Below, one piece after another: positions 39,498 through 49,247 of a DNA stretch of 64,000 bases. Both the position numbers and the translations under genes were made by a program. This DNA comes from Promethearchaeota archaeon (lineage in GTDB: Archaea; Asgardarchaeota; Thorarchaeia; Thorarchaeales; Thorarchaeaceae): positions 1 through 64,000 of the forward strand of contig WJMJ01000101.1 of the NCBI GenBank assembly GCA_014728035.1, written 5' to 3'. Positions within the stretch are counted from its first letter, which is position 1. Every line of letters begins with the position of its first letter. A model generated the notes under the pieces. It saw only the letters and a list, made by a program, of their open reading frames with translations, ran no database searches and was not told where the DNA came from.

Positions 39498-40709
39498 ATG
39501 AGTGACCGGAAATCTGGGGGGAACGGGACGTATGCATCGTCCAACATGTATGAGATTCCTGACGCACCGCCTCTGTTCAAGAAGGACGAGCAGCAATGGT
39601 CTGCCAAATTGCGCACACTGCGGAACAAGACATTCAAAAACAAGGATCAGTGGGAAGGTTATCTTGAACGATATTTGTCGATCAAGTCTGGCAAAATAAG
39701 TGAATATCAATACCAAGGAGACCCATCGGCACTAGCTGAATACGAAAATTTCGTATGCGAATTTACTGAGAGATTGTCTTATATATGTGTCAAAGAGGCC
39801 CAAAAATTGGTTCCTCAATGTCGCAAGGGTCTGCAATATGGTGATCTGATTACTGAGGGTACCATGGCAGTTCATGAAGCCATCCACAGACATAAGTTTC
39901 GTGATTTGGTTAGCACATGCAGTAACCCGCAAATGAAGTGTGGTACGTGTGGCAAGGTTCATCAGATAACCAACGGGCAGACCATATGCTCACAACATGG
40001 ATGTGATGGCAAACTCAAGCCCATATGTAATCACGTGACTCGCAAACCAGAGGTCAGTGAATGTCCGAAATGTGGACACAAAATGTCCACACCAGCCTTC
40101 TCTGGGTTTGTGCGAAAACTGGTGCGCACCCGAATGTGGACTTTTCTTGACGACAACAGTAATACCATAAAGAAGCCAACGAGCAAGATAGAACTCATCT
40201 ATGTGGCGAACAAAGGTACGAGTTATAATGATGATGTGGCAATGAATAAGTTGGCCAAGAAAGTAAATATACCGGTATCAGAACTGCGTTCTTTCATGAT
40301 CCCAACGGCTTCTATCAACAATATAGAAAATGAAGAAAGCATTCAGCTTGCAGATCGTAGTGACAACAACAAAGACAGTCTAGATGCAAGACGCAGAAAA
40401 TATATCACCAAGGCTATTCAATTGGCAACTAGTGGTAATGATGAATGTGATTTTGATGAATTAAATCGCAACACAAAGATCTACATTGCCAACCAACTTA
40501 TGAATGATTATAAGGATAGCAATCAGGGTGGGTCTATGTATAGCCTATCATCCCTGGCTGAGATATACGGTGTTACCAAGCAGCGCATTAATCAACTCAT
40601 CAAGCGAGTGGATAAAAACTTACGCAATACCCGTGATCCTCGGGTATTTGGGTATCTTATCAAGGCAAGATTAGTGGGAACTGAGTTCGACGAATTCGAC
40701 GAGGAATAG
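39498..40709 (+). CDS. Sigma70-family sigma factor with Cys-rich (Zn-ribbon) insertion
   Basis: YGDLITEGTMAVHEAI (region 2.2), AFSGFVRKLVRTRM (2.3/2.4), SLSSLAEIYGVTKQRINQL (4.2 HTH); AAAAGGAG RBS. Confidence 0.8.
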   Translation: MSDRKSGGNGTYASSNMYEIPDAPPLFKKDEQQWSAKLRTLRNKTFKNKDQWEGYLERYLSIKSGKISEYQYQGDPSALAEYENFVCEFTERLSYICVKEAQKLVPQCRKGLQYGDLITEGTMAVHEAIHRHKFRDLVSTCSNPQMKCGTCGKVHQITNGQTICSQHGCDGKLKPICNHVTRKPEVSECPKCGHKMSTPAFSGFVRKLVRTRMWTFLDDNSNTIKKPTSKIELIYVANKGTSYNDDVAMNKLAKKVNIPVSELRSFMIPTASINNIENEESIQLADRSDNNKDSLDARRRKYITKAIQLATSGNDECDFDELNRNTKIYIANQLMNDYKDSNQGGSMYSLSSLAEIYGVTKQRINQLIKRVDKNLRNTRDPRVFGYLIKARLVGTEFDEFDEE

Positions 40710-40719
40710 CCTATCCACC

Positions 40720-40769
40720 CATGGGCGGGGTTGGTGCCCCCACACCGATAACCCCGCCCATGTCTTTTT
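40720..40769 (+). terminator. Rho-independent terminator
   Basis: CATGGGCGGGGTT...AACCCCGCCCATG followed by TCTTTTT, between convergent genes. Confidence 0.85.
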
Positions 40770-41695
40770 CATGGCTTATGTCCAACCACCGTATGTGGAT
40801 CCCCTAGATCATCCCTCGAATCATACCCGCCAAATTTGCTTCTGAAGAATTGTGACCTTTTAACATACCCTTTCGATTTTCCCTCAATATGCTGCATCTG
40901 TGATGATGTCAAAGGTTTAAAGCTTCTAGCTATAGCCACGTTTTCTTCTAACTGAGCAATGTTATCACATCCAACAATAATAGTGCTTATGGGTAAAGAC
41001 ATAGAATAAGACAATGTCTCCCATGCAGTGGTTATACCTTTGGGATGGAAAATATAACCCTGCGCGAACACTTTCATCCCTATAATGCCTAATTTTCTAC
41101 GATTAGCCACAGGAATGAATGTTTTAATGAATGAAGGATCAACATGTTTGTCAGCCGCATTTAAAGGTATCAACGCTGTATCAAAATCGAATCTGTTGGC
41201 AAGTTCAATGAGCGGTTTAGGATGCTCATGCCCAGTAAAACCCAAATTTTTGACCACACCTTGTTCTTTCATTTCCACCAATGCCTCTAGAGCACCACCT
41301 TGTGAGGTCACTTCATTAACTTCACCAATATTCTCAATATGATGTATCTGCCACAGATCAATATAATCTGTTTTTAATCTTTTTAATGATTTTTCTATGA
41401 GTCGCATTGAACCATCATATGATCTATCATGTGTTTTTGATGCCAAAAACACGTTGTTTCTCCATCCCTTCATAGCATTACCATAATAATCCTCGGAAGG
41501 TCCATACACAGGTGATGTATCGAAATAATTTATGCCCAATTCGTAGGCTCTATTGATGATATTAACCATATCATCTTGCCGCCCACGATGAGTCTCTAAA
41601 GCACCTTGCCCACCCAAAGATAATATACCAACTTTGGTTCTAGTTTTACCGAGAGGTCTTTGGGGTATTTGATCGATGTCTTCATTGAGTCTCAT
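40769..41695 (-). CDS. Aldo/keto reductase
   Basis: RPLGKT, GINYFDTSPVYG, SLKRLKTDYIDLWQIH, GIIGMK. Confidence 0.93.
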   Translation of the reverse strand: MRLNEDIDQIPQRPLGKTRTKVGILSLGGQGALETHRGRQDDMVNIINRAYELGINYFDTSPVYGPSEDYYGNAMKGWRNNVFLASKTHDRSYDGSMRLIEKSLKRLKTDYIDLWQIHHIENIGEVNEVTSQGGALEALVEMKEQGVVKNLGFTGHEHPKPLIELANRFDFDTALIPLNAADKHVDPSFIKTFIPVANRRKLGIIGMKVFAQGYIFHPKGITTAWETLSYSMSLPISTIIVGCDNIAQLEENVAIARSFKPLTSSQMQHIEGKSKGYVKRSQFFRSKFGGYDSRDDLGDPHTVVGHKP

Positions 41696-41735
41696 TTATG
41701 TCCTCCGTATCTAGATTTGCGCGAAGGAGATTATA

Positions 41736-41972
41736 ATGGACCAAAAAGTATGCTCAAAATGTCACCAGCCAAAGGATTTCTCAGAGTTTCATCGTGACAG
41801 TAAATCGTCAGATGGCCTTGCATCACGGTGTAAGGAATGCAAAAGAGAGACCAGGAAGAAGAGATATCAAGAAAATCCAGTTACTGGAGCGCAATGGAAT
41901 AGAGAACACAGGGAAAGTATACTTGAAAACATGCGTAAATATAAAAATAGTATTAAAAAATTTACGGCATAA
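41736..41972 (+). pseudogene. Truncated Zn-finger N-terminus typical of HNH homing endonucleases
   Basis: KVCSKC...EFHRD..SSDGLASRCKEC; no nuclease domain follows. Confidence 0.5.
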
Positions 41973-42021
41973 ATATTTGAATTGTGAACTACAACAAAGA
42001 TTATAGCACCGGAGATGAAAA

Positions 42022-42345
42022 GTGGATATAAAACAATTCATTGGATATCGTTATAGATTTAAATATAAATCTATTGAATTCAGTGGTATCTTCAAAGGAA
42101 TTGGTGAATCAACTGGTAAATATGGGATGATATTCACTGACGTCATGGCGTGGGATAAACCAGTTGACAAAGTATTATCATTATTGATACACCCGTCACA
42201 AACCAAATGTGTGCGTAATTCCGGTAGATTTGCACAATTGCGATCTATGTGCAGAAAGATATTTAAGAGCAATAATTCACAGTCAACTGAGAACCCATAT
42301 GTGCCATCTAACACATTGGGTGGGGAGTCAGATGGTACGCACTAA
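42022..42345 (+). CDS. Hypothetical protein
   Basis: GGAG RBS. Confidence 0.5.
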   Translation: MDIKQFIGYRYRFKYKSIEFSGIFKGIGESTGKYGMIFTDVMAWDKPVDKVLSLLIHPSQTKCVRNSGRFAQLRSMCRKIFKSNNSQSTENPYVPSNTLGGESDGTH

Positions 42346-42544
42346 ATTGGTAAAATGTAATTGTTACGTGTGTCTACTTGATGACAAGAAAACAACAGAC
42401 AAACCACACAAAGACATTGAGAACGGCACGTGGTATTGTCCAACAATACAATCCACGATTCAAGAAGATGATGAAGTCCCACATGATTGTCCACATGCAT
42501 TAGAACATTACATTATATCCTCACGACCTCCTACCCAAATATAA
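42332..42544 (+). CDS. Small Cys-rich hypothetical protein
   Basis: GGGGAG RBS before MVRTKL. Confidence 0.5.
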   Translation: MVRTKLVKCNCYVCLLDDKKTTDKPHKDIENGTWYCPTIQSTIQEDDEVPHDCPHALEHYIISSRPPTQI

Positions 42545-42560
42545 TGTGGAGGATTTATGT

Positions 42561-43175
42561 ATGAATAGTCTGAAGATTGGCATCCCATTCTGGCACAAAT
42601 CTGGTAAAACCATCCAAGTCAGAAGACATGGATCAGACTGGGAACGCAAAATAAAAGATGGTGCAATACGTCTATTATTGGACCAAAAACAACGTATATT
42701 ATATATTCAAATGCACAGTAAAACTCAAATGAGATCTGCCATTAGTGCTGTGCACGATATTGCATACGGAATGTATGATATTGACCCATCTATTGTTGAT
42801 CCCGAAGATGTGCCTCAAGCAGTAAAACCACTCAAATTTGATAAAATAATTCTGGAAATCGACGACAAAATTTCTTCATTTAAAGACGTTGAAGAGATGG
42901 AATTGATCGAGTCCAAGGAGGTAAGTGATGGTTTGTTTGAGAGCAAGCTAGAATCTATTCTCAGGTTGGAAAATGATATTCCGGACGAAGATCGTAATGC
43001 CGCTATAATAGAAGCACTCAAGCCATATTTTGAATTTGCCATAGCTGAAGGCAAAATTTATGGCACTAACGGCAAAACAATAGTACAATATGACAATGAC
43101 ACATGGTCATTCCAAACTAATAATAAGACTATTCAAAACCCAGATATCCAGACCATGATCAGTATGTCTTGGTGA
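42561..43175 (+). CDS. Hypothetical protein
   Basis: GGAGG RBS. Confidence 0.6.
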   Translation: MNSLKIGIPFWHKSGKTIQVRRHGSDWERKIKDGAIRLLLDQKQRILYIQMHSKTQMRSAISAVHDIAYGMYDIDPSIVDPEDVPQAVKPLKFDKIILEIDDKISSFKDVEEMELIESKEVSDGLFESKLESILRLENDIPDEDRNAAIIEALKPYFEFAIAEGKIYGTNGKTIVQYDNDTWSFQTNNKTIQNPDIQTMISMSW

Positions 43176-43314
43176 CATGCCCAAACCATCAATATCACCC
43201 GTTGTATATAAATTTCAATCATAACTGCAATACATTGCATATTCTTCTGGAATACTACTTGCAGTGTGTCATATATAATTTTAGCAAATTTACCTATGGA
43301 GGTGGAGGTGAAAT

Positions 43315-43584
43315 ATGACACCACGAAGATGCCCAGTTTGTGGTAGGATCTATGACATTAGCGATTTTTCGGCAACCAAAACACATTACTGCCATGTGTG
43401 TGACACTGAATTCCCGGTGATCATGATGCCGCCCATATCATCTGTTGGTTCACCACTGGCAGATGATATAAGCGATAGGGACTTTGATATTTTGAAGCGA
43501 TCTCTTGATGATCCAGAATCATTCTGGATTTCGATGCGAGAAGCCGATCGTTGTCAATATAATGATGATGGAGAATCAAAATGA
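43315..43584 (+). CDS. Zn-ribbon protein
   Basis: CPVC...CHVC; GGAGGT RBS. Confidence 0.6.
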   Translation: MTPRRCPVCGRIYDISDFSATKTHYCHVCDTEFPVIMMPPISSVGSPLADDISDRDFDILKRSLDDPESFWISMREADRCQYNDDGESK

Positions 43585-44807
43585 TGGGTTCAGGATATTG
43601 GCTCAATCCGCGCACTGGTGAATATATAGAAGTCAACAAACATGAGAAGTGGATAAGCAACAAGAAGAATGCACGCCATATCGGCCTATCCAAACGTGCG
43701 TATGAAGAAATTAAACAATTAAATCCGAGTGAAGATATTGATGAAATCAGAATTATTGCTATCATAGATGGGCTGGTTCGAATTCGTGATTATCAAAGCA
43801 AGGTGGCCATTCAATTTTATGCCGGAAGAGGCCAAACACGAAAAGTGTTGTGGTCCGTATATGAAATGATGCAGAACGAGCCATCATTGCGTAATGCGTG
43901 GGATCTTATTATTGGCAATCTAAAAACGAAAGAGGACGTTTCATTACCGAAAGATGAATTTGATAAAAAGATGACATCCGATGAAGCCATCATGATGATG
44001 GAAAATGATAATTTTGAGAGGGTTTCCTCACTTATCACGGTGGTGGAGTCGAAGCTCAGTCACAATTATGATGAACGTTGGATCAATCATGAGGTGATTG
44101 ACCGCATAGAATCAAGAATGGAGAATGAAGGTATCATAGACGATAATTGTAGGTTTTCAATTGTTGATGAAATTGATCACAAATGCAATAACCTCATTTC
44201 TGAGGCAGGTTTATCACGCTTGTTGCGAAAATTTAATAGCGACGTTGAATTTGCCATCATAACAGCGCATCGTCACAAATACGGCAAAAAAGAAAACATC
44301 AAACGCAACAGGGATTTAAGATCAGAATTGAACGCAAGACATATGGGTGTATATCAGCTGGTGGGGCATTGGCGCGAATGTCAGGATGAAAATATTGAAT
44401 ATAAGGATTGTCCACCAGACAAGCTGAAAGACACAGTAGAGAGATCATATATGGTGGTCAAACCTGAAACAATGACATCAAATGAATTTGAGCAGCTAAT
44501 TCTTGATCTTGTAAATAAGTATGAGCAAGATGGTGCTGTAATCAGACAGAACAACAAAATAGAAATCATAGAGAAGAGTGGAGATAGGTTTGCAATAGGT
44601 GAAAGGATGTCTCTAGGTAAGATTGCCCAGGCATATAGTCAACACGTAAAGAAATTAAATGTACCATTTACATTTGAAGGAGTCGAAATACCATCCACCA
44701 ACACAGGTGCACGCATATTTCAAGAATATGGTGTATCATATCCAACAATAAGTAATAAAGATTTAATGTCAACCAAAGAATGGTGCCATCTACTCATAAG
44801 ATCATAG
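43581..44807 (+). CDS. Hypothetical phage protein (DUF3293-like C-terminal domain)
   Basis: FAIITAHR..ENIKRN..LRSEL..GHW..ERSY..KYEQD motif. Confidence 0.6.
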   Translation: MMGSGYWLNPRTGEYIEVNKHEKWISNKKNARHIGLSKRAYEEIKQLNPSEDIDEIRIIAIIDGLVRIRDYQSKVAIQFYAGRGQTRKVLWSVYEMMQNEPSLRNAWDLIIGNLKTKEDVSLPKDEFDKKMTSDEAIMMMENDNFERVSSLITVVESKLSHNYDERWINHEVIDRIESRMENEGIIDDNCRFSIVDEIDHKCNNLISEAGLSRLLRKFNSDVEFAIITAHRHKYGKKENIKRNRDLRSELNARHMGVYQLVGHWRECQDENIEYKDCPPDKLKDTVERSYMVVKPETMTSNEFEQLILDLVNKYEQDGAVIRQNNKIEIIEKSGDRFAIGERMSLGKIAQAYSQHVKKLNVPFTFEGVEIPSTNTGARIFQEYGVSYPTISNKDLMSTKEWCHLLIRS

Positions 44808-44841
44808 ACAGAAGTAATAGATTCTGTAAGGATAACCAACT

Positions 44842-45598
44842 ATGCCTCCTAAACAAGTCACTTGTTCCATTTGTGGTGAACTGGTCATGAAATCACAAAC
44901 TTATGCGACTGGAGAATCGGATTGTGAGGGCAATCCTCTTAGGGCATGCAAATCTCATGACGGGATTATTGAAAAAGCTGAGCAACTAAAAGAAGATAAA
45001 ATCAACAAAACATTAAACGAAGCCAAAGACAAATTACAAGAGGTTGAATCGATTGCTTATGATGATCATACGTGGACGGCCAAGGCTCAAGAACATAAAG
45101 AATGGTCAGAGAATCATTGCTGGTTATGAGCGTTCAGCAGTATCAATTCAAGAAGCAGCATTTAAAAGTCTAATTACATTGAAGAAAGCTGAATTAGATG
45201 GTGAAGATGGATTTAGTCATATGTTCTTTGAACCTGAGAAATTGAAGAAATATGCAAATAAAAATGATAAAGGCAAAGTTATTGCTCATCATATTGTTCT
45301 TAATAATGATCAAATTGAATTACTAATGAAGTGGACAAGAATGAAGCCATTGATCAGAGATACTATTAATTTTCTTTGTATTGTATTTCTTTGTGATGAA
45401 TGTCAGGATCGAGTAGGGGTTCACTCAGTATCTATGTTAGAACATTGGAAGAGTAAAGGAATGAGTCCAGAAGACATAATGAAGAAATTATGTTATCTGG
45501 GTTCTATTACTCAACAAGGACAATTTCAGGAAGTAATTGGAAATATAGCCCATGCCGAGTTGCAAGAGGATCGCCAACGATCACTTGACAGGAATTAA
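44842..45598 (+). pseudogene. Zn-binding hypothetical gene split by a frameshift at about 45127
   Basis: HCWL* continues as ERSAV in another frame; restoring 2 nt gives CWLCERS, a CxxC that could pair with the downstream CDEC. Confidence 0.55.
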
Positions 45599-45790
45599 TA
45601 TCCCTTACCACGCCAATTTTGCAACAATCGCTCGTCATGTTTTGGCTCAACCACATATTGCTGATACCATTTTTGTGGTGATTTACTAGGTTTAGTAAAT
45701 TGCCAAATGTTGGTTGATCCCTGATGTCGCTTCTTGATACGTGGTGAGTACAATTCTGATAATCGTGCCATATAATAACTTTGACACGAT

Positions 45791-46087
45791 TTAATCTTTC
45801 GGGTACATGGTATTCATTATTTCTTGTGGCAGAAAATATTCAGGTCCAACCTCACCAAACATATCATAAGTTTCTGGCGATACCTGAAATCCTGCTTCAT
45901 TCATTTTGGCGGCAATGAATGCCTTAGCCTGCTCGAAAGCTTCTCTGTTGGTCTTAGATTCTAAGCCTCTGTTGGCTTCAACCATCCAACTTAAAGCATT
46001 GGCAAACCTGCCCACGTTAACTTGATCCAATGCACTATCTAGTTCGAATTTAATCGGTAGGCGTCTGTGAAATCGTGGTCTATCCAT
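45791..46087 (-). CDS. Hypothetical protein
   Basis: 98-aa ORF. Confidence 0.5.
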   Translation of the reverse strand: MDRPRFHRRLPIKFELDSALDQVNVGRFANALSWMVEANRGLESKTNREAFEQAKAFIAAKMNEAGFQVSPETYDMFGEVGPEYFLPQEIMNTMYPKD

Positions 46088-46127
46088 AGTATCTTAAATA
46101 CATCCATTCGTATAAAGGGAGACTGAT

Positions 46128-46403
46128 ATGATCACATTGATTGTGGGACCAAAGAGGACTGGTAAGAAGACTATTGCAAAAGCACTCAAAAACATGTGCA
46201 TGGAATCAAATATGCCATGTCGAATTGTTGATCTTGATGACGAGCCATTACCGTTTAACGTCCACGAGCTTATTGATGGAGACATGATAGTGTTGTCATC
46301 TGACGATGAATTCGAAGTCAGAGACATGATGAAGAAAAGATGGAACCTGATAGAGTATTGGAAGTCTCCATATCAAGAAAGTTGGACTCAGAAAGACGAT
46401 TGA
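46128..46403 (+). CDS. Small P-loop-like protein
   Basis: LIVGPKRTGKKT; GGGAG RBS. Confidence 0.5.
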   Translation: MITLIVGPKRTGKKTIAKALKNMCMESNMPCRIVDLDDEPLPFNVHELIDGDMIVLSSDDEFEVRDMMKKRWNLIEYWKSPYQESWTQKDD

Positions 46404-46765
46404 GTCTTAGATAATATATTCTTGACGGAAGTCATCAAATCTATACTAGTGAATGGTTTCATTAGTAAATAAGACCGTCGTGGAAGGTCACCAGCAATTG
46501 ACATATCAGATGTGGTGAAGAGTATTGGAATATCACAACCAAATACTTTGGCCATTTCCACACTCTCTATACTACCATATCCATTCATGCCAATGTCAGC
46601 AATAACAAGATCAAAATCATTCTTGCATTCTGTGAGCATCACATATAGTTGACGTCCAGTACTTACACAAGATACATGATACATCTCAGTCAGCACATTA
46701 TATATCATAAACCGCACATGCGGGATACTATCAGCAACAAGTATACGCTTTGTAGTATAATCCAT
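46388..46765 (-). CDS. Single-domain response regulator (CheY-like receiver)
   Basis: RILVADS, DLVIADIGM (phosphoacceptor Asp), PILFTTS, LMKPF; GAGGAG RBS. Confidence 0.82.
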   Translation of the reverse strand: MDYTTKRILVADSIPHVRFMIYNVLTEMYHVSCVSTGRQLYVMLTECKNDFDLVIADIGMNGYGSIESVEMAKVFGCDIPILFTTSDMSIAGDLPRRSYLLMKPFTSIDLMTSVKNILSKTQSSF

Positions 46766-46982
46766 GATGTCTCCTCAAATGCCTATTATATTTTTGTGGA
46801 GTATCTATGTCTAGTAATTTAGAAGATCATTGGAAAGAACAAGTTTGGGAGTGCAGATGTAAGCTATTCCCACATAGAAGAATACCAACATATAAGCGAA
46901 TGAAGGCTGATGATGATAAAGGTATCAAGTTAAAGAAGATGTTGGAGGATACTTTTATTGATCCATTTGGTAAATCAAACTG

Positions 46983-47261
46983 AATATTGGTAGTCTAAGT
47001 AGCTATTCATCTTCAAGTTCTTCTAGTCTATCAAGCTCAAGTTCATTATCTAGCTCATCTAGCTGTGATTTCACAGGTGGAATTGACAGCAACACAGTAC
47101 TGATGATGCACGCGGATGGTGATTTAAATTCTGGCCATAATATAACACCAATAAGTGAACCGAGGCAGGTCGCTTTAAATCCATTTAATGATGTATATCA
47201 AGGGAGTTGGGATTTTAGCGGCGGTGAAAAATACCTACAATTAGATAACAGCACAGATTGA
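46983..47261 (+). pseudogene. Remnant of a Ser-rich linker plus LamG-like tail/adhesin domain
   Basis: Frame with no start codon before the domain: SSSSSSLSSSSS-CDFTGGIDSNTVLMMHADG...SWDFSGGEKYLQLDNSTD*. Confidence 0.5.
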
Positions 47262-47283
47262 TAAGTAAGTGTAGGAGTATGTT

Positions 47284-47781
47284 ATGGATAACGAAATTAT
47301 TTCTAGTAATGGTATCAATATGGCAGCGGATAATCCTATCGAAGATCCTATGGATGAGTCAGCACAACCAGTTGGTGGTGGTCAGGAACAGGTTCTTAAG
47401 GAACTTCTAAATAAGATTCGTAAATGTCCAACATATTCATCTCTTTATGATCTTGAGCCATTATTTAACCGCAATGGTCTAACCATGCAAGTCACCACCA
47501 AGAATCGCATGATAGCATGTAAGATTATGGAGAATAAACCATATTGTAAAAATGTTATTGATGATTATATGTTTATTGGCGCTCTTCGTGATCGTGATTA
47601 TGAGATATCTGACAGAGTACGTGAATGCCTCACGGATTTCGTAATCAATGCTGCTTCCGGTCCTGCCGTGGTTGAGAATAAGCAACGCAATTGGCAGGAT
47701 GATACGCGTCTTTATGGGGATAGGATCTCCATAGCTCGTGAGGATGTTAACACGGTAGCACAAAATGTTATCTTAGGATAA
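47284..47781 (+). CDS. Hypothetical protein
   Basis: AGGAG RBS. Confidence 0.65.
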   Translation: MDNEIISSNGINMAADNPIEDPMDESAQPVGGGQEQVLKELLNKIRKCPTYSSLYDLEPLFNRNGLTMQVTTKNRMIACKIMENKPYCKNVIDDYMFIGALRDRDYEISDRVRECLTDFVINAASGPAVVENKQRNWQDDTRLYGDRISIAREDVNTVAQNVILG

Positions 47782-47783
47782 CA

Positions 47784-49247
47784 ATGGCCAGTTATGATTT
47801 TCCGATTCCTAACCCACGGGGCTTCAGGGCTAAAGATTCTCAGCGAAAATGCGACAAGCCCACTAGTCCAGACCCCGATAGAGCCTGCTGTCCAGACCCA
47901 ACAGAGCTAAGAGCTAATGGGTTAATTCTACATGCCCTCCTTGCTCGTGTAACAGCCAACAATAATACTGTCCACGAATTTGAAACAATTTTCGATGATA
48001 AGAGAAAACTTCTGGAGCTTGATATTCCAGATTGTTATCTTGATTTTATCGAAGATATAGAGGTCGGGCCTAACATATGTCGTTACTTGCGTTGGTTGAT
48101 GTGTGCTGGTGGTGTGGGTGGTAATTATTACCTTCAACCCATTCATCCACCAAATTCAACTAATGTAGTTATATCTGGAAATAGTACCACCGCATTTGAT
48201 TCCGCCATAAAACTTATATCTGATCACAATAACGGAACTGGCAATGAAGAGACGAATGGTGTAGTACTTGATTCTTCCAAATCTTATAAGATTTATATTA
48301 GAGATCATGATAGTCAAGACCCAATAAATGATGGTGATGATAATGAAGTCTATGGCCGTCTACTATATGATGGTACTGAATATGTAGTTGATTTTTATTC
48401 ATGGGTGGACGGGGTTGAAACCCCATATACGTTCACGACCGATGTAAATGTGGACTTGGCGTATGTTCTTGTGTCAAGACAATCGGGTGATTTGACATGG
48501 GATAAATTTGTTGATGTAGAGTTCCACGATGTTATTGATTTGCAGGGTAATCAGGGTCCTCGTGGATACCAGGGGTTTCAAGGCCCTACGGGTTTTCAGG
48601 GTGATCAAGGATTCCAAGGGGATCAGGGATTCCAAGGGAATCAGGGGAATCAGGGTAATCAAGGATTCCAAGGTTATCAGGGATTCCAGGGTCTAAGAGG
48701 ATTCCAAGGCTACCAAGGCAATCAGGGTAATCAAGGTTATCAGGGCTACCAAGGTTTAAGAGGATTCCAAGGCTACCAAGGGAATCAGGGCTATCAAGGT
48801 TATCAAGGATTTCAAGGGAATCGCGGGTTTCAAGGCTACCAAGGCAATCAAGGTAATCAAGGTTATCAGGGATTCCAGGGTCTAAGAGGATTCCAAGGCT
48901 ATCAAGGCAATCAGGGTAATCAAGGCTATCAGGGATTCCAAGGGAATCGCGGGTTCCAAGGCAATCAGGGGTTCCAGGGTCTAAGAGGATTCCAGGGACC
49001 AGCATTAGCACACAAAGCTGGTATTGTCAATGGATCTTCATTCGCTGGTAATCCCAAGACATATTCAGTGACATTTACCACAAGTTTTCCAGATACAGAT
49101 TATGCAATCACGATCACCGGTGCTGTTGAGAGAACATGGACATATGAGAACAAGACTGCAGGTGGGTTTGACATTAATTCTAATTCACCAGTGGCATTTA
49201 CTGAAGAAGTTAGTTGGATAGCTATGGTTATTGGGGAATCCACATAA
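47784..49247 (+). CDS. Collagen-like virion fibre protein (Gly-X-Gln repeats)
   Basis: About 50 uninterrupted G-X-Y triplets (GFQ/GNQ/GYQ/GLR); C-terminal VTFTTSFPDTDYAITIT domain. Confidence 0.85.
   Translation: MASYDFPIPNPRGFRAKDSQRKCDKPTSPDPDRACCPDPTELRANGLILHALLARVTANNNTVHEFETIFDDKRKLLELDIPDCYLDFIEDIEVGPNICRYLRWLMCAGGVGGNYYLQPIHPPNSTNVVISGNSTTAFDSAIKLISDHNNGTGNEETNGVVLDSSKSYKIYIRDHDSQDPINDGDDNEVYGRLLYDGTEYVVDFYSWVDGVETPYTFTTDVNVDLAYVLVSRQSGDLTWDKFVDVEFHDVIDLQGNQGPRGYQGFQGPTGFQGDQGFQGDQGFQGNQGNQGNQGFQGYQGFQGLRGFQGYQGNQGNQGYQGYQGLRGFQGYQGNQGYQGYQGFQGNRGFQGYQGNQGNQGYQGFQGLRGFQGYQGNQGNQGYQGFQGNRGFQGNQGFQGLRGFQGPALAHKAGIVNGSSFAGNPKTYSVTFTTSFPDTDYAITITGAVERTWTYENKTAGGFDINSNSPVAFTEEVSWIAMVIGEST
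48546..49001 (+). repeat. 9-bp-period coding repeat (collagen triplets)
   Basis: GG(N)-TTC/AAT/TAT-CA(A/G) units. Confidence 0.9.

Noticed and set aside
39498-40709. ~400-aa protein with CPKCG as TnpB/Cas12f
   Set aside because: No RuvC catalytic motifs; sigma region 2 and 4.2 motifs explain it better
45127-45129. Stop-codon reassignment (TGA read-through)
   Set aside because: The continuation is in a different frame; TGA, TAG and TAA all end well-supported genes in this window
48586-49011. Minus-strand repetitive ORF
   Set aside because: Antisense shadow of the collagen repeat
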